A stretch of DNA of 64,000 nucleotides from Bacteroidota bacterium (GTDB lineage Bacteria > Bacteroidota > Bacteroidia > Chitinophagales > Chitinophagaceae): NCBI GenBank assembly GCA_023417815.1, contig JAEZEI010000006.1:7352-71351 (forward strand), given 5' to 3'. This document shows positions 20,376-30,505 of the stretch, in pieces. Below the pieces are notes generated by a model, which was not told the origin of the DNA, made no database searches, and worked only from the letters and a program-made list of their open reading frames with translations. Each line of letters begins with the position of its first letter. Positions within the stretch are counted from its first letter, which is position 1. The translations under genes and the position numbers were made by a program.

Positions 20376-20729
20376 TTAGAACTGAAGTCCGCCTTCACGG
20401 GCACCTTCAGCTACAGCTTTAACCCTGCCGTGATAGATATATCCATTACGGTCGAATACCACTTCCTTGATACCCAGTTCTCCTGCCTTACGGGCGATCG
20501 CTTCCCCTACCATCTTACCTTTCTCGATCTTCGGAGCCTTTTGAGCGGCAATATCCTTCTGCCTTGAATTCGCAGAAGCAAGGGTGGTACCGGTTGTGTC
20601 ATCTATCAGCTGGACATAGATATCAGAGTTGCTCCTGAAAACACTCAGGCGCGGCCTCCCGGTAGTACCATTCACCTTTTTACGGATGCGGTATTTGATC
20701 TTTTGCCTAGCGGTTGCTTTATTGTTCAT
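20376..20729 (-). CDS. rplR: 50S ribosomal protein L18
   Basis: [24 protein letters not shown]. Confidence 0.98.
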   Translation of the reverse strand: MNNKATARQKIKYRIRKKVNGTTGRPRLSVFRSNSDIYVQLIDDTTGTTLASANSRQKDIAAQKAPKIEKGKMVGEAIARKAGELGIKEVVFDRNGYIYHGRVKAVAEGAREGGLQF

Positions 20730-20780
20730 TGTTCTATTTTTTTGATCCCTGATGCTGCCAGGGAAAATGTTTACTATTTA

Positions 20781-21335
20781 TTATTTACCAGCGCTCTTAC
20801 CAGCTTTTCTCCTCAATACCTCACCTACGAATTTCACACCCTTTCCTTTGTATGGTTCAGGCTTACGCAGGCTGCGGATCTTTGCACATACCTGGCCAAG
20901 AAGTTGCTTATCGGTACTTGATAAGGTGATAACAGGGTTCTTACCTTTTTCAGTTGCAGTTTCCACTTTCAGCTCCTTTGGAAGTTCGAAAACGATGTTA
21001 TGTGAATAACCCAGTGCAAGATCAAGCGTATTGCCCTGGTTAGTGGCTTTGAAACCCACACCCACAAGTTCCATTTGCTTGGTGAAGCCTTCGGTAACGC
21101 CCTTCACCATATTGGCGATAAGCGAGCGGTACAGTCCATGCATAGCACGGTGGCGGATCTGGTCTGTCGGCCTTACCAGTTCAACAGTATTATCTTTTAC
21201 TTCAACCTTGATGTCACGATCAAGTGTTTGTTTCAGCTCCCCTTTAGGTCCTTTTACGGTGATGGTGTTGTCTGAAGCTACATTGATAGTAACTCCTGAT
21301 GGCACTTCTACCGGTTTTTTTCCAATTCTAGACAT
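20781..21335 (-). CDS. rplF: 50S ribosomal protein L6
   Basis: MSRIGKKP, PEPYKGKG. Confidence 0.98.
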   Translation of the reverse strand: MSRIGKKPVEVPSGVTINVASDNTITVKGPKGELKQTLDRDIKVEVKDNTVELVRPTDQIRHRAMHGLYRSLIANMVKGVTEGFTKQMELVGVGFKATNQGNTLDLALGYSHNIVFELPKELKVETATEKGKNPVITLSSTDKQLLGQVCAKIRSLRKPEPYKGKGVKFVGEVLRRKAGKSAGK

Positions 21336-21411
21336 TGTCGGTTTTTTATTTGTTTTTGATGTGGATCAGTGTTCAGCCACGACAAAAGGCTTAATTATCA
21401 GATCCCGGTTA

Positions 21412-21810
21412 TTAGAATATATTGCAAAGCACTTCACCACCCACATTAAGGGCGCGTGCTTCCTTATCGGTCATCACACCCTTAGAAGTAGAGATGATCG
21501 AAACGCCAAGACCATTCTTCACCCTGCGGAAATCTGCAGGTTTCGAATAGGTACGAAGACCCGGGCGGCTTACCCTTTCCAGGCTCTGGATAGCAGGCAG
21601 TTTTGTGGAAGGATCGTACTTAAGAGCGATCTTGATCAATCCCTGCTTGTTATCATCTTCGAATTTATATTTCAGTATATAGCCTTTATCGTACAGAATT
21701 TCCGTGATACGCTTTTTTAGATTGCTGGCCGGGATCTCCACGATGCGGTGATTTGCCATCTGGGCGTTACGGATTCTGGTTAAGTAATCTGCTATTGGAT
21801 CAGTTACCAT
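21412..21810 (-). CDS. rpsH: 30S ribosomal protein S8
   Basis: MVTDPIADYLTRIRNA, SRPGLR, STSKG; start trimmed. Confidence 0.98.
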   Translation of the reverse strand: MVTDPIADYLTRIRNAQMANHRIVEIPASNLKKRITEILYDKGYILKYKFEDDNKQGLIKIALKYDPSTKLPAIQSLERVSRPGLRTYSKPADFRRVKNGLGVSIISTSKGVMTDKEARALNVGGEVLCNIF

Positions 21811-21910
21811 TGTTATTACTGTTGAATGATTTTTAAATTTTATTACAATGCCCCGCCCGGCTTGCGCCATTCGGACGGGCGATATCCAGTTACGGGTAAT
21901 CTTTACGGGC

Positions 21911-22180
21911 CTACCAGCTCGATTTGGTTACACCCGGGATCTTACCCTGCAGCGCCATGTCGCGGAACATATTCCTGCTCAGGCCGAAATGACGCATATA
22001 GCCTCTCGGACGACCTGTAAGCTGACAACGGTTCTTAAGGCGAACCGGAGAACTGTTTTTTGGTAACAGATCAAGGGCAGCATAATCGCCTGCAGCTTTC
22101 AACTCAGCTCTCTTCTCTGCATACTGGGCGACCATTCTTTGCCTTTTCCGGTTCCTGGCTTCAACTGATTTCTTTGCCAT
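21911..22180 (-). CDS. rpsN: 30S ribosomal protein S14 (89 aa, zinc-free type)
   Basis: [12 protein letters not shown]...[13 protein letters not shown]; lacks the four-Cys set. Confidence 0.98.
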   Translation of the reverse strand: MAKKSVEARNRKRQRMVAQYAEKRAELKAAGDYAALDLLPKNSSPVRLKNRCQLTGRPRGYMRHFGLSRNMFRDMALQGKIPGVTKSSW

Positions 22181-22182
22181 AT

Positions 22183-22758
22183 TTAGTTTTCAGATTTTTT
22201 AGCGTTTTTAAAAGGCATACCCAGCTCTTTCAAAAGCTCGTATGCTTCTTCGTTGGTGTTTGCTGTAGTAACGAAGGTGATATCCAAGCCGGTGATCTTA
22301 TTCACTTTATCAATATCGATCTCCGGGAAGATGATCTGTTCCGTTACGCCAAGCGTATAGTTTCCACGACCGTCGAAAGACTTATCGTTGATCCCTTTAA
22401 AGTCGCGCACCCTTGGCAGCGATACAGATACCAGCCTGTCGAGGAATTCGTACATCTTTACTCCACGAAGCGTAACCCTTGAACCTATGGGCATGTGCTT
22501 ACGCAGCTTAAAGTTTGAGATATCCTTCTTTGACAGGGTTGCCACAGCTTTCTGACCGGTAATGTTGGTCAGTTCATCGATAGCGATATCGATAAGTTTC
22601 TTATCTGCAACAGCACCATTCACACCGCGGTTAAGGCAAATCTTGGTAAGCCTTGGAGCCTGCATGATGGTTTTGTATCCGAATTTCTTCATTAAGGCAG
22701 GTACAACTTCTTTTTTGTACTTGTCTGCCAGCCTAGGAGCTTTAGTTGTAGTTTCCAT
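22183..22758 (-). CDS. rplE: 50S ribosomal protein L5
   Basis: [29 protein letters not shown]. Confidence 0.98.
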   Translation of the reverse strand: METTTKAPRLADKYKKEVVPALMKKFGYKTIMQAPRLTKICLNRGVNGAVADKKLIDIAIDELTNITGQKAVATLSKKDISNFKLRKHMPIGSRVTLRGVKMYEFLDRLVSVSLPRVRDFKGINDKSFDGRGNYTLGVTEQIIFPEIDIDKVNKITGLDITFVTTANTNEEAYELLKELGMPFKNAKKSEN

Positions 22759-23096
22759 TATTTAATTACCTCCCCTGATTTTTTAGCAGTTCTAACTAGT
22801 TTTCCATTCTCGCGCGAACGGCTGATCTTGCTTGGACCGCCTGATTTTGCATCCCACAGCATAACATTGCTGATCGCGATCGGTGCTTCCGTTTTTACAA
22901 TACCACCTTTGGTGTTCTGCGCGGTAGGTTTGGTGTGTTTTGTAACTATGTTCACACCTTCAACCAGCACACGGCCTTTTTCCAAAATAACCTCCAACAC
23001 CTTGCGGGGTTTCTTCAGGTCCTTATCATCTCCTGCGATCACAACCACTGAATCGCCCTTTTTAATGTTGAACTTAGGTTTGAATCTTGTACTCAT
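22758..23096 (-). CDS. rplX: 50S ribosomal protein L24
   Basis: IKKGD.V.VIAG, VEGVN, EAPI.ISNV. Confidence 0.97.
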   Translation of the reverse strand: MSTRFKPKFNIKKGDSVVVIAGDDKDLKKPRKVLEVILEKGRVLVEGVNIVTKHTKPTAQNTKGGIVKTEAPIAISNVMLWDAKSGGPSKISRSRENGKLVRTAKKSGEVIK

Positions 23097-23149
23097 GTTT
23101 ATTGCTTTGTAAGTAAAAAGGCTAGTTCTTACTTTTTAATTTTTACTTT

Positions 23150-23518
23150 TTATAGAACTTCCGGAGCAAGAGAAATGATCTTCATATAACCCTTATCCCT
23201 CAGTTCACGGGCTACTGGTCCAAAGATCCTGGTGCCTCTTGGTTCATCGGCATTGTTGAGCAGTACCACGGCATTGTCGTCAAAACGGATGTAAGAACCA
23301 TCCTTACGGCGAAGCTTATTCACCGTGCGAACGATAACCGCCTTACTTACTGTTCCTTTTTTGATACCACCTGCAGGCATTGCATCTTTTACGGTCACCA
23401 CGATCTTATCTCCGATCTTGGCATAATCCTGACCGCTGTTGCCTAGTACACGGATACAAAGCACTTCCTTCGCACCGCTGTTATCTGCTACATTTAGTCT
23501 GCTCTCTTGCTGAATCAT
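23150..23518 (-). CDS. rplN: 50S ribosomal protein L14
   Basis: [27 protein letters not shown]. Confidence 0.98.
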   Translation of the reverse strand: MIQQESRLNVADNSGAKEVLCIRVLGNSGQDYAKIGDKIVVTVKDAMPAGGIKKGTVSKAVIVRTVNKLRRKDGSYIRFDDNAVVLLNNADEPRGTRIFGPVARELRDKGYMKIISLAPEVL

Positions 23519-23599
23519 TTTATTAGCTTTTTAGCTGTTGCTGTAACCAGGTTACAGTTTTGTTGTCATTTATCTGATACGCCGGGCTATGCCCAACGA

Positions 23600-23881
23600 T
23601 TATTTAACCTTCTCAACCACTTCAACCAGTCTCCAGCGCTTTGATTTGCTGAGGGGGCGGGTTTCCATGATCTTAACCGTATCACCTATGCTGCACTCGT
23701 TATTCTCGTCGTGCGCATGGAACTTAGTGGTCTTTTTTACGAACTTACCGTACAGGGGATGCTTCACTTTCCTTTCCACGTTCACAGTAATGGTCTTATC
23801 CATTTTATTGCTGGATACCACACCGATCCTGATCTTTCTTAGGTTCCTGTCTGCGGCTGTTTGTGTTGTTGCTTCCATCAT
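23600..23881 (-). CDS. rpsQ: 30S ribosomal protein S17
   Basis: [28 protein letters not shown]. Confidence 0.98.
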   Translation of the reverse strand: MMEATTQTAADRNLRKIRIGVVSSNKMDKTITVNVERKVKHPLYGKFVKKTTKFHAHDENNECSIGDTVKIMETRPLSKSKRWRLVEVVEKVK

Positions 23882-23897
23882 TTATTTATTTATTGGA

Positions 23898-24107
23898 TTA
23901 CGCTCCAATTTGAATTTTTCTGAGTTGGGTTTTAAGGCGTGCAATGTCCCTTCTCAATGCACGGATGCTTTGAGGATTTTCCAGGGGAGCTATCGCATGA
24001 GCAAACATCAGCTTCTTCATACGCTGCTCGTCTTCCTGTATCCTTGCCTTCAGGTCCTCTTCGCTTAAACCTTCCAGGCTTCTTAATAGATCTGCTTTCT
24101 TAGACAT
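23898..24107 (-). CDS. rpmC: 50S ribosomal protein L29
   Basis: ENP..IR..RRDIARLKT; position. Confidence 0.96.
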   Translation of the reverse strand: MSKKADLLRSLEGLSEEDLKARIQEDEQRMKKLMFAHAIAPLENPQSIRALRRDIARLKTQLRKIQIGA

Positions 24108-24149
24108 TTCTTTTATTTTATTTTTTCAAAACTAACCGTGCACCCTGGC

Positions 24150-24569
24150 TTATGCCTGGTAATCGTGACGCACGATGAACTTGGTAAGGATCGGAAGCTT
24201 TTGCGCAGCAAGGGCAAATGCTTCTTTAGCCACCTGTTCAGGAACACCATCCGCTTCAAAAATGATACGGCCTGGCTGTACGATCGCTGCCCATCCTTCA
24301 GGGTTACCTTTACCTTTACCCATCCTTACCTCTGCAGGTTTGGCGGTGATCGGCTTATCCGGGAATACCCTGATCCACACATTACCTTCACGTTTCATGT
24401 GCCTGGTCATTGCCTGGCGGGCACTTTCGATCTGGCGGTTAGTTAACCAAACACTGTCCAGCGCTTTCAGTCCAAAGGTTCCAAAAGCAAGGGTTGCCCC
24501 TCTTTTGGTATCTCCCTTCATCCTGCCTTTCTGGGTCTTCCTGTGTTTGCTTCTTTTTGGTGATAACAT
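24150..24569 (-). CDS. rplP: 50S ribosomal protein L16
   Basis: [22 protein letters not shown]. Confidence 0.98.
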   Translation of the reverse strand: MLSPKRSKHRKTQKGRMKGDTKRGATLAFGTFGLKALDSVWLTNRQIESARQAMTRHMKREGNVWIRVFPDKPITAKPAEVRMGKGKGNPEGWAAIVQPGRIIFEADGVPEQVAKEAFALAAQKLPILTKFIVRHDYQA

Positions 24570-24619
24570 CTTTATTTAGTTTGTCGGATTCTTAAACTTT
24601 TTCAACGCACTGCGTTCAC

Positions 24620-25393
24620 TTATCTTCTTCCCCCGCCACGCTGGCCACCACCCCTGCGGTCACCGCCACCCGGCCTCCTGTCGCCACCACGGTCAAAACC
24701 GCCCTGTGGTCTTTCATTATCGTTCTTTCCCCCTGCGATCACATTCGGGTTAAGATCACGCTTACCAAGTACTTCACCTTTACAGATCCATACTTTGATA
24801 CCGATCTTACCGTAAACTGTCAGCGCAAATACATTTGCGTAATCTATATCCATCCTCAGGGTATGAAGAGGAGTACGGCCTTGCTTGATCTCTTCGCTGC
24901 GGGCGATCTCCGCTCCACCTAAACGGCCGCCAACCTTTACCTTGATACCTTCCGCACCCATACGAAGCGCAGAAGCTATACTCATTTTGATGGCACGCTT
25001 ATAGTTGATCCTGTTCTCCAGCTGGCGGGCAATTGTGTCTGCAACAATGTTTGCATCCAGTTCAGGCCTGCGGATCTCAAGAATGTTGATCTGAACATCT
25101 TCCTTACCACACAGTTTCTTCAGTTCTTCTTTAATACGGTCAACCTCACCACCACCTTTACCGATAATGATACCCGGCTTTGAAGTGTGGATGGTTATAA
25201 TCAATTTATTCAGGGTACGCTCAATTACGATCTTGGCAATACCACCTTTATTAATACGCGCATTGAGGTAGTTCCTGATCTTGTTGTCTTCAATCAGTTT
25301 ACCGGCATAGTCCTTCTTGTTAGCATACCAGTTGCTGTCCCAGCCACGGATGATGCCTAACCTTGCGCCTATCGGATTTGTTTTCTGACCCAT
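24620..25393 (-). CDS. rpsC: 30S ribosomal protein S3
   Basis: [30 protein letters not shown]-rich tail. Confidence 0.98.
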   Translation of the reverse strand: MGQKTNPIGARLGIIRGWDSNWYANKKDYAGKLIEDNKIRNYLNARINKGGIAKIVIERTLNKLIITIHTSKPGIIIGKGGGEVDRIKEELKKLCGKEDVQINILEIRRPELDANIVADTIARQLENRINYKRAIKMSIASALRMGAEGIKVKVGGRLGGAEIARSEEIKQGRTPLHTLRMDIDYANVFALTVYGKIGIKVWICKGEVLGKRDLNPNVIAGGKNDNERPQGGFDRGGDRRPGGGDRRGGGQRGGGRR

Positions 25394-25427
25394 ATTATTT
25401 GTTTGTTCTCCGCCTCAGGCGGATATT

Positions 25428-25832
25428 TTAATTTGTTTCTTTATCTGGATTACCTTCTTTCTTTGCTTTAGAGGCCTTTGCCACAGCAGGTTTCTGGGCT
25501 GCCGCATCCACTACCACTGTTACGTGGTTGCTGCGCTTCCTTACCCTGTAACCACGACCCTGTGGAGCCGGGCGCATCCTTTTAATAACACGCGCACCAT
25601 CAACCATAATGGTTTTGATCACCAGTGAATTTTCATCCGCACCTTCGTTCTTTGCCTTCCAGTTGCTGATCGCAGAAAGTACCAGCTTCCTTAAAGGAAC
25701 TGCAGGATGCTTCGGGTTGTGCTCAAGAACAGCCAATGCCTTCTCGATCTCCATGCCCCTGATCAGGTCTGCAAGCAAACGCATCTTCCTTGGCGAGGTT
25801 GGATAGTTATTCAATTTTGCTACTGCTTCCAT
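25428..25832 (-). CDS. rplV: 50S ribosomal protein L22
   Basis: SPRKMRL.ADLIRG, RPAPQGR, KRSNH; start trimmed to MEAVAKL. Confidence 0.97.
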   Translation of the reverse strand: MEAVAKLNNYPTSPRKMRLLADLIRGMEIEKALAVLEHNPKHPAVPLRKLVLSAISNWKAKNEGADENSLVIKTIMVDGARVIKRMRPAPQGRGYRVRKRSNHVTVVVDAAAQKPAVAKASKAKKEGNPDKETN

Positions 25833-25883
25833 TTTCTTATTTTTTTCTCTGAACATTCCCTGCGGAACTATTCAAATCGATCT

Positions 25884-26153
25884 TTACATTTTTTTACTTG
25901 AGTGACCCCTGAAGTTCCTGGTTGGTGCAAATTCACCCAGCTTGTGGCCTACCATGAATTCAGTTACATAAACCGGGATGAACTTGTTGCCATTGTGCAC
26001 TGCGAAAGTGTGGCCTACGAAATCCGGAGATATAGTACTTCTCCTGCTCCAGGTTTTAATAACACCCTTTTTGATCTTTCCGTCATTCATCCCCATGATC
26101 TTGTCTTCAAGACTTTGCTGGATGTAAGGACCTTTTTTTAACGAACGAGCCAT
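25884..26153 (-). CDS. rpsS: 30S ribosomal protein S19
   Basis: [24 protein letters not shown]. Confidence 0.98.
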   Translation of the reverse strand: MARSLKKGPYIQQSLEDKIMGMNDGKIKKGVIKTWSRRSTISPDFVGHTFAVHNGNKFIPVYVTEFMVGHKLGEFAPTRNFRGHSSKKM

Positions 26154-26207
26154 ATTTGTTTTTTCTGTTTATTCTCCGCTGCGCGGATATTTTAACAATG
26201 ATTGATC

Positions 26208-27050
26208 TTATTTATTAGGAAGTTTCTTACCGTTCCTGCGGCTCAGGATCATCTTATCAGATCCTTTACCCCTTGTACGGGTGATCTCACCTTTTGCGTA
26301 CTTACCGGTCCTGCTGCGCGGATGTCCACCAGACGCCCTTCCTTCACCACCACCCATCGGGTGATCAACAGGGTTCATCGCTACCGCACGGGTGCGGGGC
26401 CTGATACCTTTCCACCTGTTACGTCCTGCTTTACCCATGCTTTCAAGACTGTGGTCTCCATTGCTGGTTACACCTACAGTAGCATAACAGTTTATCAGCA
26501 CCTTCCTTAATTCGCCGCTAGGCATTTTAAGTACGGCAAATTTTTCTTCCTTGTTGCTTAGCTGCGCAGAAGTACCGGCACTTCTTACGAGGATACCACC
26601 CTGGCCTGGCTGCATTTCAATATTATGCACGTTTGTACCAAGAGGCATGTTCTTCAGCATAAGCGCATTTCCAAGTTCCGGAGCTGCATCATCGCCGCTG
26701 ATAACGGTTTGTCCAACCTGCAGACCCTGCGGAGCCAGGATGTAACGCTTCTCACCATCTGCATAAGCAAGCAGGGCGATGAACGCTGTACGGTTCGGAT
26801 CATATTCGATGGTTTTAACCACCGCAGGAATGTTCTTCTTATTCCTTTTGAAGTCGATGATACGGTACATGTTCTTGTTACCGCCACCCATATAACGCAT
26901 ACTCCTCCTGCCCTGGGCATTACGACCTGCAGTGCTGGTCTTCTTTTCCAGAAGGCTCTTCTCAGGAATGTTGGTGGTGATCTCTGCGTAAGCATTACCA
27001 ATCCTCCATCTTGTTCCTGCGGTAACCGGTTTGTATTTTCTAAGTGCCAT
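26208..27050 (-). CDS. rplB: 50S ribosomal protein L2
   Basis: [22 protein letters not shown]. Confidence 0.98.
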   Translation of the reverse strand: MALRKYKPVTAGTRWRIGNAYAEITTNIPEKSLLEKKTSTAGRNAQGRRSMRYMGGGNKNMYRIIDFKRNKKNIPAVVKTIEYDPNRTAFIALLAYADGEKRYILAPQGLQVGQTVISGDDAAPELGNALMLKNMPLGTNVHNIEMQPGQGGILVRSAGTSAQLSNKEEKFAVLKMPSGELRKVLINCYATVGVTSNGDHSLESMGKAGRNRWKGIRPRTRAVAMNPVDHPMGGGEGRASGGHPRSRTGKYAKGEITRTRGKGSDKMILSRRNGKKLPNK

Positions 27051-27106
27051 TTCTACTTTTTTATTTTGTCAAAACTTTGCGGTGCTGACCACCATACATT
27101 TTAATA

Positions 27107-27403
27107 TTATGCGCTGTACAGGTCAATTGTTTCACCTTCAGCAACGGTAACAACCGCTTTTTTCTTTGCAGGCTTGCGGCCTACTATAAATCCTGCTTTG
27201 GTATATTTCGCTTTCAGCTTTGAAGGAACCACGGAAGTGTTCACCTCGTCTACCTGCACACCATAGAATTGCTCAACAGCCTTCTTGATCTCCAGCTTGT
27301 TTGCCTTCCTGTCTACAATGAACGTATAACGGTTCATCTTTTCAGACTGCTTGTTCGCTTTTTCAGAGAGAACAGGTTTTATTAAAACATCAGACAGTTT
27401 CAT
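27107..27403 (-). CDS. rplW: 50S ribosomal protein L23
   Basis: PVLSEK, ANK.EIK.AVE, KKAVVT. Confidence 0.97.
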   Translation of the reverse strand: MKLSDVLIKPVLSEKANKQSEKMNRYTFIVDRKANKLEIKKAVEQFYGVQVDEVNTSVVPSKLKAKYTKAGFIVGRKPAKKKAVVTVAEGETIDLYSA

Positions 27404-27434
27404 GTCGTTCTATTTGTAATTTTTTAAAATTGGC

Positions 27435-28073
27435 TTAAGCCTCTACAGCTTCTTCGGTTACGTTGAAAAGCTTTGCAGCGCTTTCAGTTAATACAAGAAC
27501 ATTCGCGTTCAGAATGTCGTAGGTATTCATATCGCTCAACAGGGTACCGCTTACACCTGCAACATTGCGAAGGCTCAGGTACATGTTGTCATTATATTCA
27601 GGAATAACGAACAGGGCTTTTTTACGGCCGATGTTCAGTCCTTTGATAATGCTGCTGAATGTTTTTGTTTTAGGCGCTTCCAGGCTAACATCTTCCAGGA
27701 CCACAATGGCATTCTCCTTTGCTTTATAAGCAAGGGCGCTCATTTTGGCCAGGTCCTTAACCTTGCGGTTAAGTTTTATTTCATACCTGTGTGGCTTTGG
27801 CCCGAAGATGGTACCACCACCTTTGAACAGCGGGTTACGCAGGTTACCCTTACGTGAACCACCTGTACCTTTTTGCTTGTGAAGTTTGCGCGATGCACCT
27901 TTCACTTCGGCACGGGTCTTAACCTTGTGGGTTCCCTGGCGCTGTGCAGCCTGGTATTGCTTTACAGCAAGGTAGATCACATGGTCATTGGGTTCAATGC
28001 CAAATATATCTTCCGGCAGATCTATCGTTCTTCCGGTTTTCTCGCCTTTGATATTTATAATGTCTAGTTGCAT
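27435..28073 (-). CDS. rplD: 50S ribosomal protein L4
   Basis: RQGTH..KTRAEV, QKGTG..R.G, GGG.IFGP. Confidence 0.98.
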   Translation of the reverse strand: MQLDIINIKGEKTGRTIDLPEDIFGIEPNDHVIYLAVKQYQAAQRQGTHKVKTRAEVKGASRKLHKQKGTGGSRKGNLRNPLFKGGGTIFGPKPHRYEIKLNRKVKDLAKMSALAYKAKENAIVVLEDVSLEAPKTKTFSSIIKGLNIGRKKALFVIPEYNDNMYLSLRNVAGVSGTLLSDMNTYDILNANVLVLTESAAKLFNVTEEAVEA

Positions 28074-28074
28074 A

Positions 28075-28692
28075 TTACTTCTGGATTAAAACGATTGAAC
28101 CATTATGACCGGGTACGGACCCGCTTACCAATACATAATTCTTTTCAGGGAACACTCTTACTACCTTCAGTCCTTTCATCTTCACCCTGTCGCCACCCAT
28201 GCGGCCTGCCATACGCATTCCTTTGAATACACGACTGGCATCGGATGAGTTACCGATAGAACCCGGCGCACGCTGACGATCATGCTGACCGTGAGATTGC
28301 TCACCAACACCGGAGAATCCATGGCGTTTTACCACACCCTGGAAACCCTTACCTTTTGAGGTTCCAACCACTTCAACACTGTCGCCTTCGGCGAAAATGT
28401 CAACCGTGATCGCTTCACCTACATTTAGGTCTGATTCGCTATCGCGTATTTCCCTGATTACTTTTTTTGGAGCTGTATTAGCTTTTGCAAAGTGGCTGAT
28501 GGCAGCCTTGCTGGAGTGCTTTTCCTTTTTGTCGCCGAATGCGATCTGGAGGGCATTATATCCGTCTGTTTCAACGGTCTTCTTCTGGGTTACAACACAT
28601 GGCCCTGCCTCTATGATGGTAACTGCGGTTTGCTTACCGGTTTTATCAAAGATGCTGGTCATGCCAACCTTCTTACCAATAATACTTTTCAT
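28075..28692 (-). CDS. rplC: 50S ribosomal protein L3
   Basis: [30 protein letters not shown]. Confidence 0.98.
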   Translation of the reverse strand: MKSIIGKKVGMTSIFDKTGKQTAVTIIEAGPCVVTQKKTVETDGYNALQIAFGDKKEKHSSKAAISHFAKANTAPKKVIREIRDSESDLNVGEAITVDIFAEGDSVEVVGTSKGKGFQGVVKRHGFSGVGEQSHGQHDRQRAPGSIGNSSDASRVFKGMRMAGRMGGDRVKMKGLKVVRVFPEKNYVLVSGSVPGHNGSIVLIQK

Positions 28693-28815
28693 CGTATCTG
28701 TTTTATACCCAGCGGTCCTGCATATTGCCAGGACTTAGGCGTTCAATTTTTTTTCTTTTTAAGAACTTAACCTGTGCCTTTCCCCTATCCGGCGAACCGG
28801 GATGAGGAAGGTTCA

Positions 28816-29121
28816 TCAAGCCTTTATCTCAACATCAACACCACTTGGAAGATCCAGTTTGCTCAGCGCATCAACGGTGCGGCTGCTGCTGGTGTAAATG
28901 TCTAACAAACGTTTATGTGTGCACAATTGGAACTGCTCACGTGCCTTTTTGTTTACGTGAGGAGAACGAAGTACAGTGAATATCTTTTTGTGCGTAGGCA
29001 AAGGAATTGGACCTGTTACCACTGCACCTGTACTACGTACAGTCTTTACGATCTTTTCAGCAGATTTATCCACCAGGTTGTGGTCGTAGGACTGTAACTT
29101 GATTCTGATTCGTTGCGACAT
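28816..29121 (-). CDS. rpsJ: 30S ribosomal protein S10
   Basis: [29 protein letters not shown]. Confidence 0.98.
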   Translation of the reverse strand: MSQRIRIKLQSYDHNLVDKSAEKIVKTVRSTGAVVTGPIPLPTHKKIFTVLRSPHVNKKAREQFQLCTHKRLLDIYTSSSRTVDALSKLDLPSGVDVEIKA

Positions 29122-29161
29122 ATATAAAGAACTTTAAAAAATCCGTTTTTTAAATGGAGTG

Positions 29162-29169
29162 CAAAGGTA
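29162..29169 (-). promoter_or_regulatory. Putative -7 element of the S10 operon promoter
   Basis: Minus strand TACCTTTG matches the Bacteroidota TAnnTTTG consensus, 40 nt upstream of the rpsJ ATG. Confidence 0.7.
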
Positions 29170-29281
29170 AGGGTTGATTTCTATTCCGCAAAAGAAATAT
29201 GCAAATATTTATGAGTTTGGCACGAAACCTCTTTCCCCGATTATTTAGTTCTCCCTGGACCGGCAAAAGGCGAGCGAATAC

Positions 29282-29330
29282 TGTGACATGATCTGTGTGA
29301 CATTTTAAATGTCACAGAAAAAATGTCACA
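29282..29330. promoter_or_regulatory. Phased heptad array, candidate protein-binding site
   Basis: TGTGACA at 29282 and 29296, TGTCACA at 29310 and 29324; exact 14-nt period. Confidence 0.6.
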
Positions 29331-29341
29331 AAGTAGGTGTC

Positions 29342-29578
29342 TAGGTTTAGCACCCGGAAGGGTACATTACCCGGGTTAAACGTTTATTTACCGGCTAATG
29401 GATTTTTGATCCTTAACTTTCTTTTGGGGCGGGAACGCCAGTTCCCCGATTCAATGTCCGCTAAGTTATATATAGGAATGCACCCTAAACGGTACTTTAT
29501 CCGGGTTAAATACTTATTTCCCGGGTAACTGGTTATTGTTCCCTAACTTTCTTTTGGGGCGGGAACGCCAGTTCCCCG
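29342..29578. repeat. Two-copy tandem duplication, 130-nt period
   Basis: Identical 35-mer TAACTTTCTTTTGGGGCGGGAACGCCAGTTCCCCG at 29414-29448 and 29544-29578; upstream parts also align (GCACCC, GGTAC, CCGGGTTAAA at +130). Confidence 0.9.
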
Positions 29579-29656
29579 GCCGGGTGGCGCGTAAATTAAT
29601 CCTGCCATGGGCATTAGGAATGGTTTTTGACATCCGCAAGGTGCACAAACCTCTTT

Positions 29657-30505
29657 ATGAAATACACTATCTTATTGCTTTTCGCTTTCATGCCTGGCCT
29701 GCTGAAGGCTCAAAGGCTTTCTGCAGACCTTTATGCCGGTGTGGCCAATTACCAGGGCGACCTCCAGGGAAGCAGGTTCACATTTTCCCAGGCGGGGGCT
29801 GCCATAGGTCTTGGCGCCAGTTACAGGATCTCCAACCGGTTTACGGGCCGGGCCGCCTTTACCTTCGCGCGCATCGCAGGGAATGATAAACAGAATAAAG
29901 AAGGTAAGGGTGTTGATCTGCGAAACCTGAATTTCAAGTCAAACATTTGGGAACTGCAACTGGCGGCTGAATTTGATATCATGGATCTTGAATACCACAG
30001 TTTCGCCCCCTATATTTTTGCCGGGGGTGCAGTTTTCCGCCATAATCCTTTCACTTTCGACAGCGACAATAATAAAGTATTCCTGAAACCACTTTCCACT
30101 GAAGGCCAGGGACTTGCCGAATATCCCGATCGAAAACCCTATAGCCTAACCCAGTTTGCAATCCCTTTTGGTGGCGGGGTGAAATTGAGAATGAGTGACA
30201 GGGTGCAGTTAGCGGTTGAAGTGGGCTTAAGGAAATTGTTCACGGATTACCTTGATGATGTAAGCACTAATTATGTAGATTCTTCTATTCTTGCCGCCGC
30301 AAGAGGTCCGCTGGCCGCCGAACTTGCATATCGTGGCGATGAATTACCACAGGGTGGAACCTATCCTGATGCCGGGGCGCAGAGAGGAAGTCCAAAACAT
30401 AAGGACTGGTACTATACTACCGGGTTGAAAGTAAGCTACCGGCTTGGAAATGGAAATGGCACCGGCAGAAATGGAGCGGTTGGATGCCCAACCAATATTT
30501 TTTAA
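29657..30505 (+). CDS. DUF6089-type outer membrane beta-barrel (PorG-like family)
   Basis: Signal peptide; NYQGDL, RNLNFKS, L.TEGQ, TDYLDDVS, RG.P..KDWY motifs; start trimmed. Confidence 0.8.
   Translation: MKYTILLLFAFMPGLLKAQRLSADLYAGVANYQGDLQGSRFTFSQAGAAIGLGASYRISNRFTGRAAFTFARIAGNDKQNKEGKGVDLRNLNFKSNIWELQLAAEFDIMDLEYHSFAPYIFAGGAVFRHNPFTFDSDNNKVFLKPLSTEGQGLAEYPDRKPYSLTQFAIPFGGGVKLRMSDRVQLAVEVGLRKLFTDYLDDVSTNYVDSSILAAARGPLAAELAYRGDELPQGGTYPDAGAQRGSPKHKDWYYTTGLKVSYRLGNGNGTGRNGAVGCPTNIF

Noticed and set aside
19058..29097. Plus-strand ORFs across the ribosomal operon (e.g. 21031-21720, 23589-24068, 26625-27104)
   Set aside because: Antisense to conserved r-protein genes, with no recognisable motifs.
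29212..29265. Possible third degenerate copy of the 130-bp unit
   Set aside because: Only a short match (GTTT.GCAC at -130) and the 35-nt core is absent.
29414..29578. 35-nt hairpin-containing repeat as a CRISPR array
   Set aside because: Only two copies; the 95-nt gap is itself homologous to the sequence before copy 1; no cas genes in the window.
29337..29886. ORFs 29337-29528 and 29536-29886 sharing NFLLGRERQFP
   Set aside because: The shared peptide just reflects the DNA duplication; starts are GTG/TTG and the second overlaps the real gene out of frame. A short peptide cannot be fully excluded.
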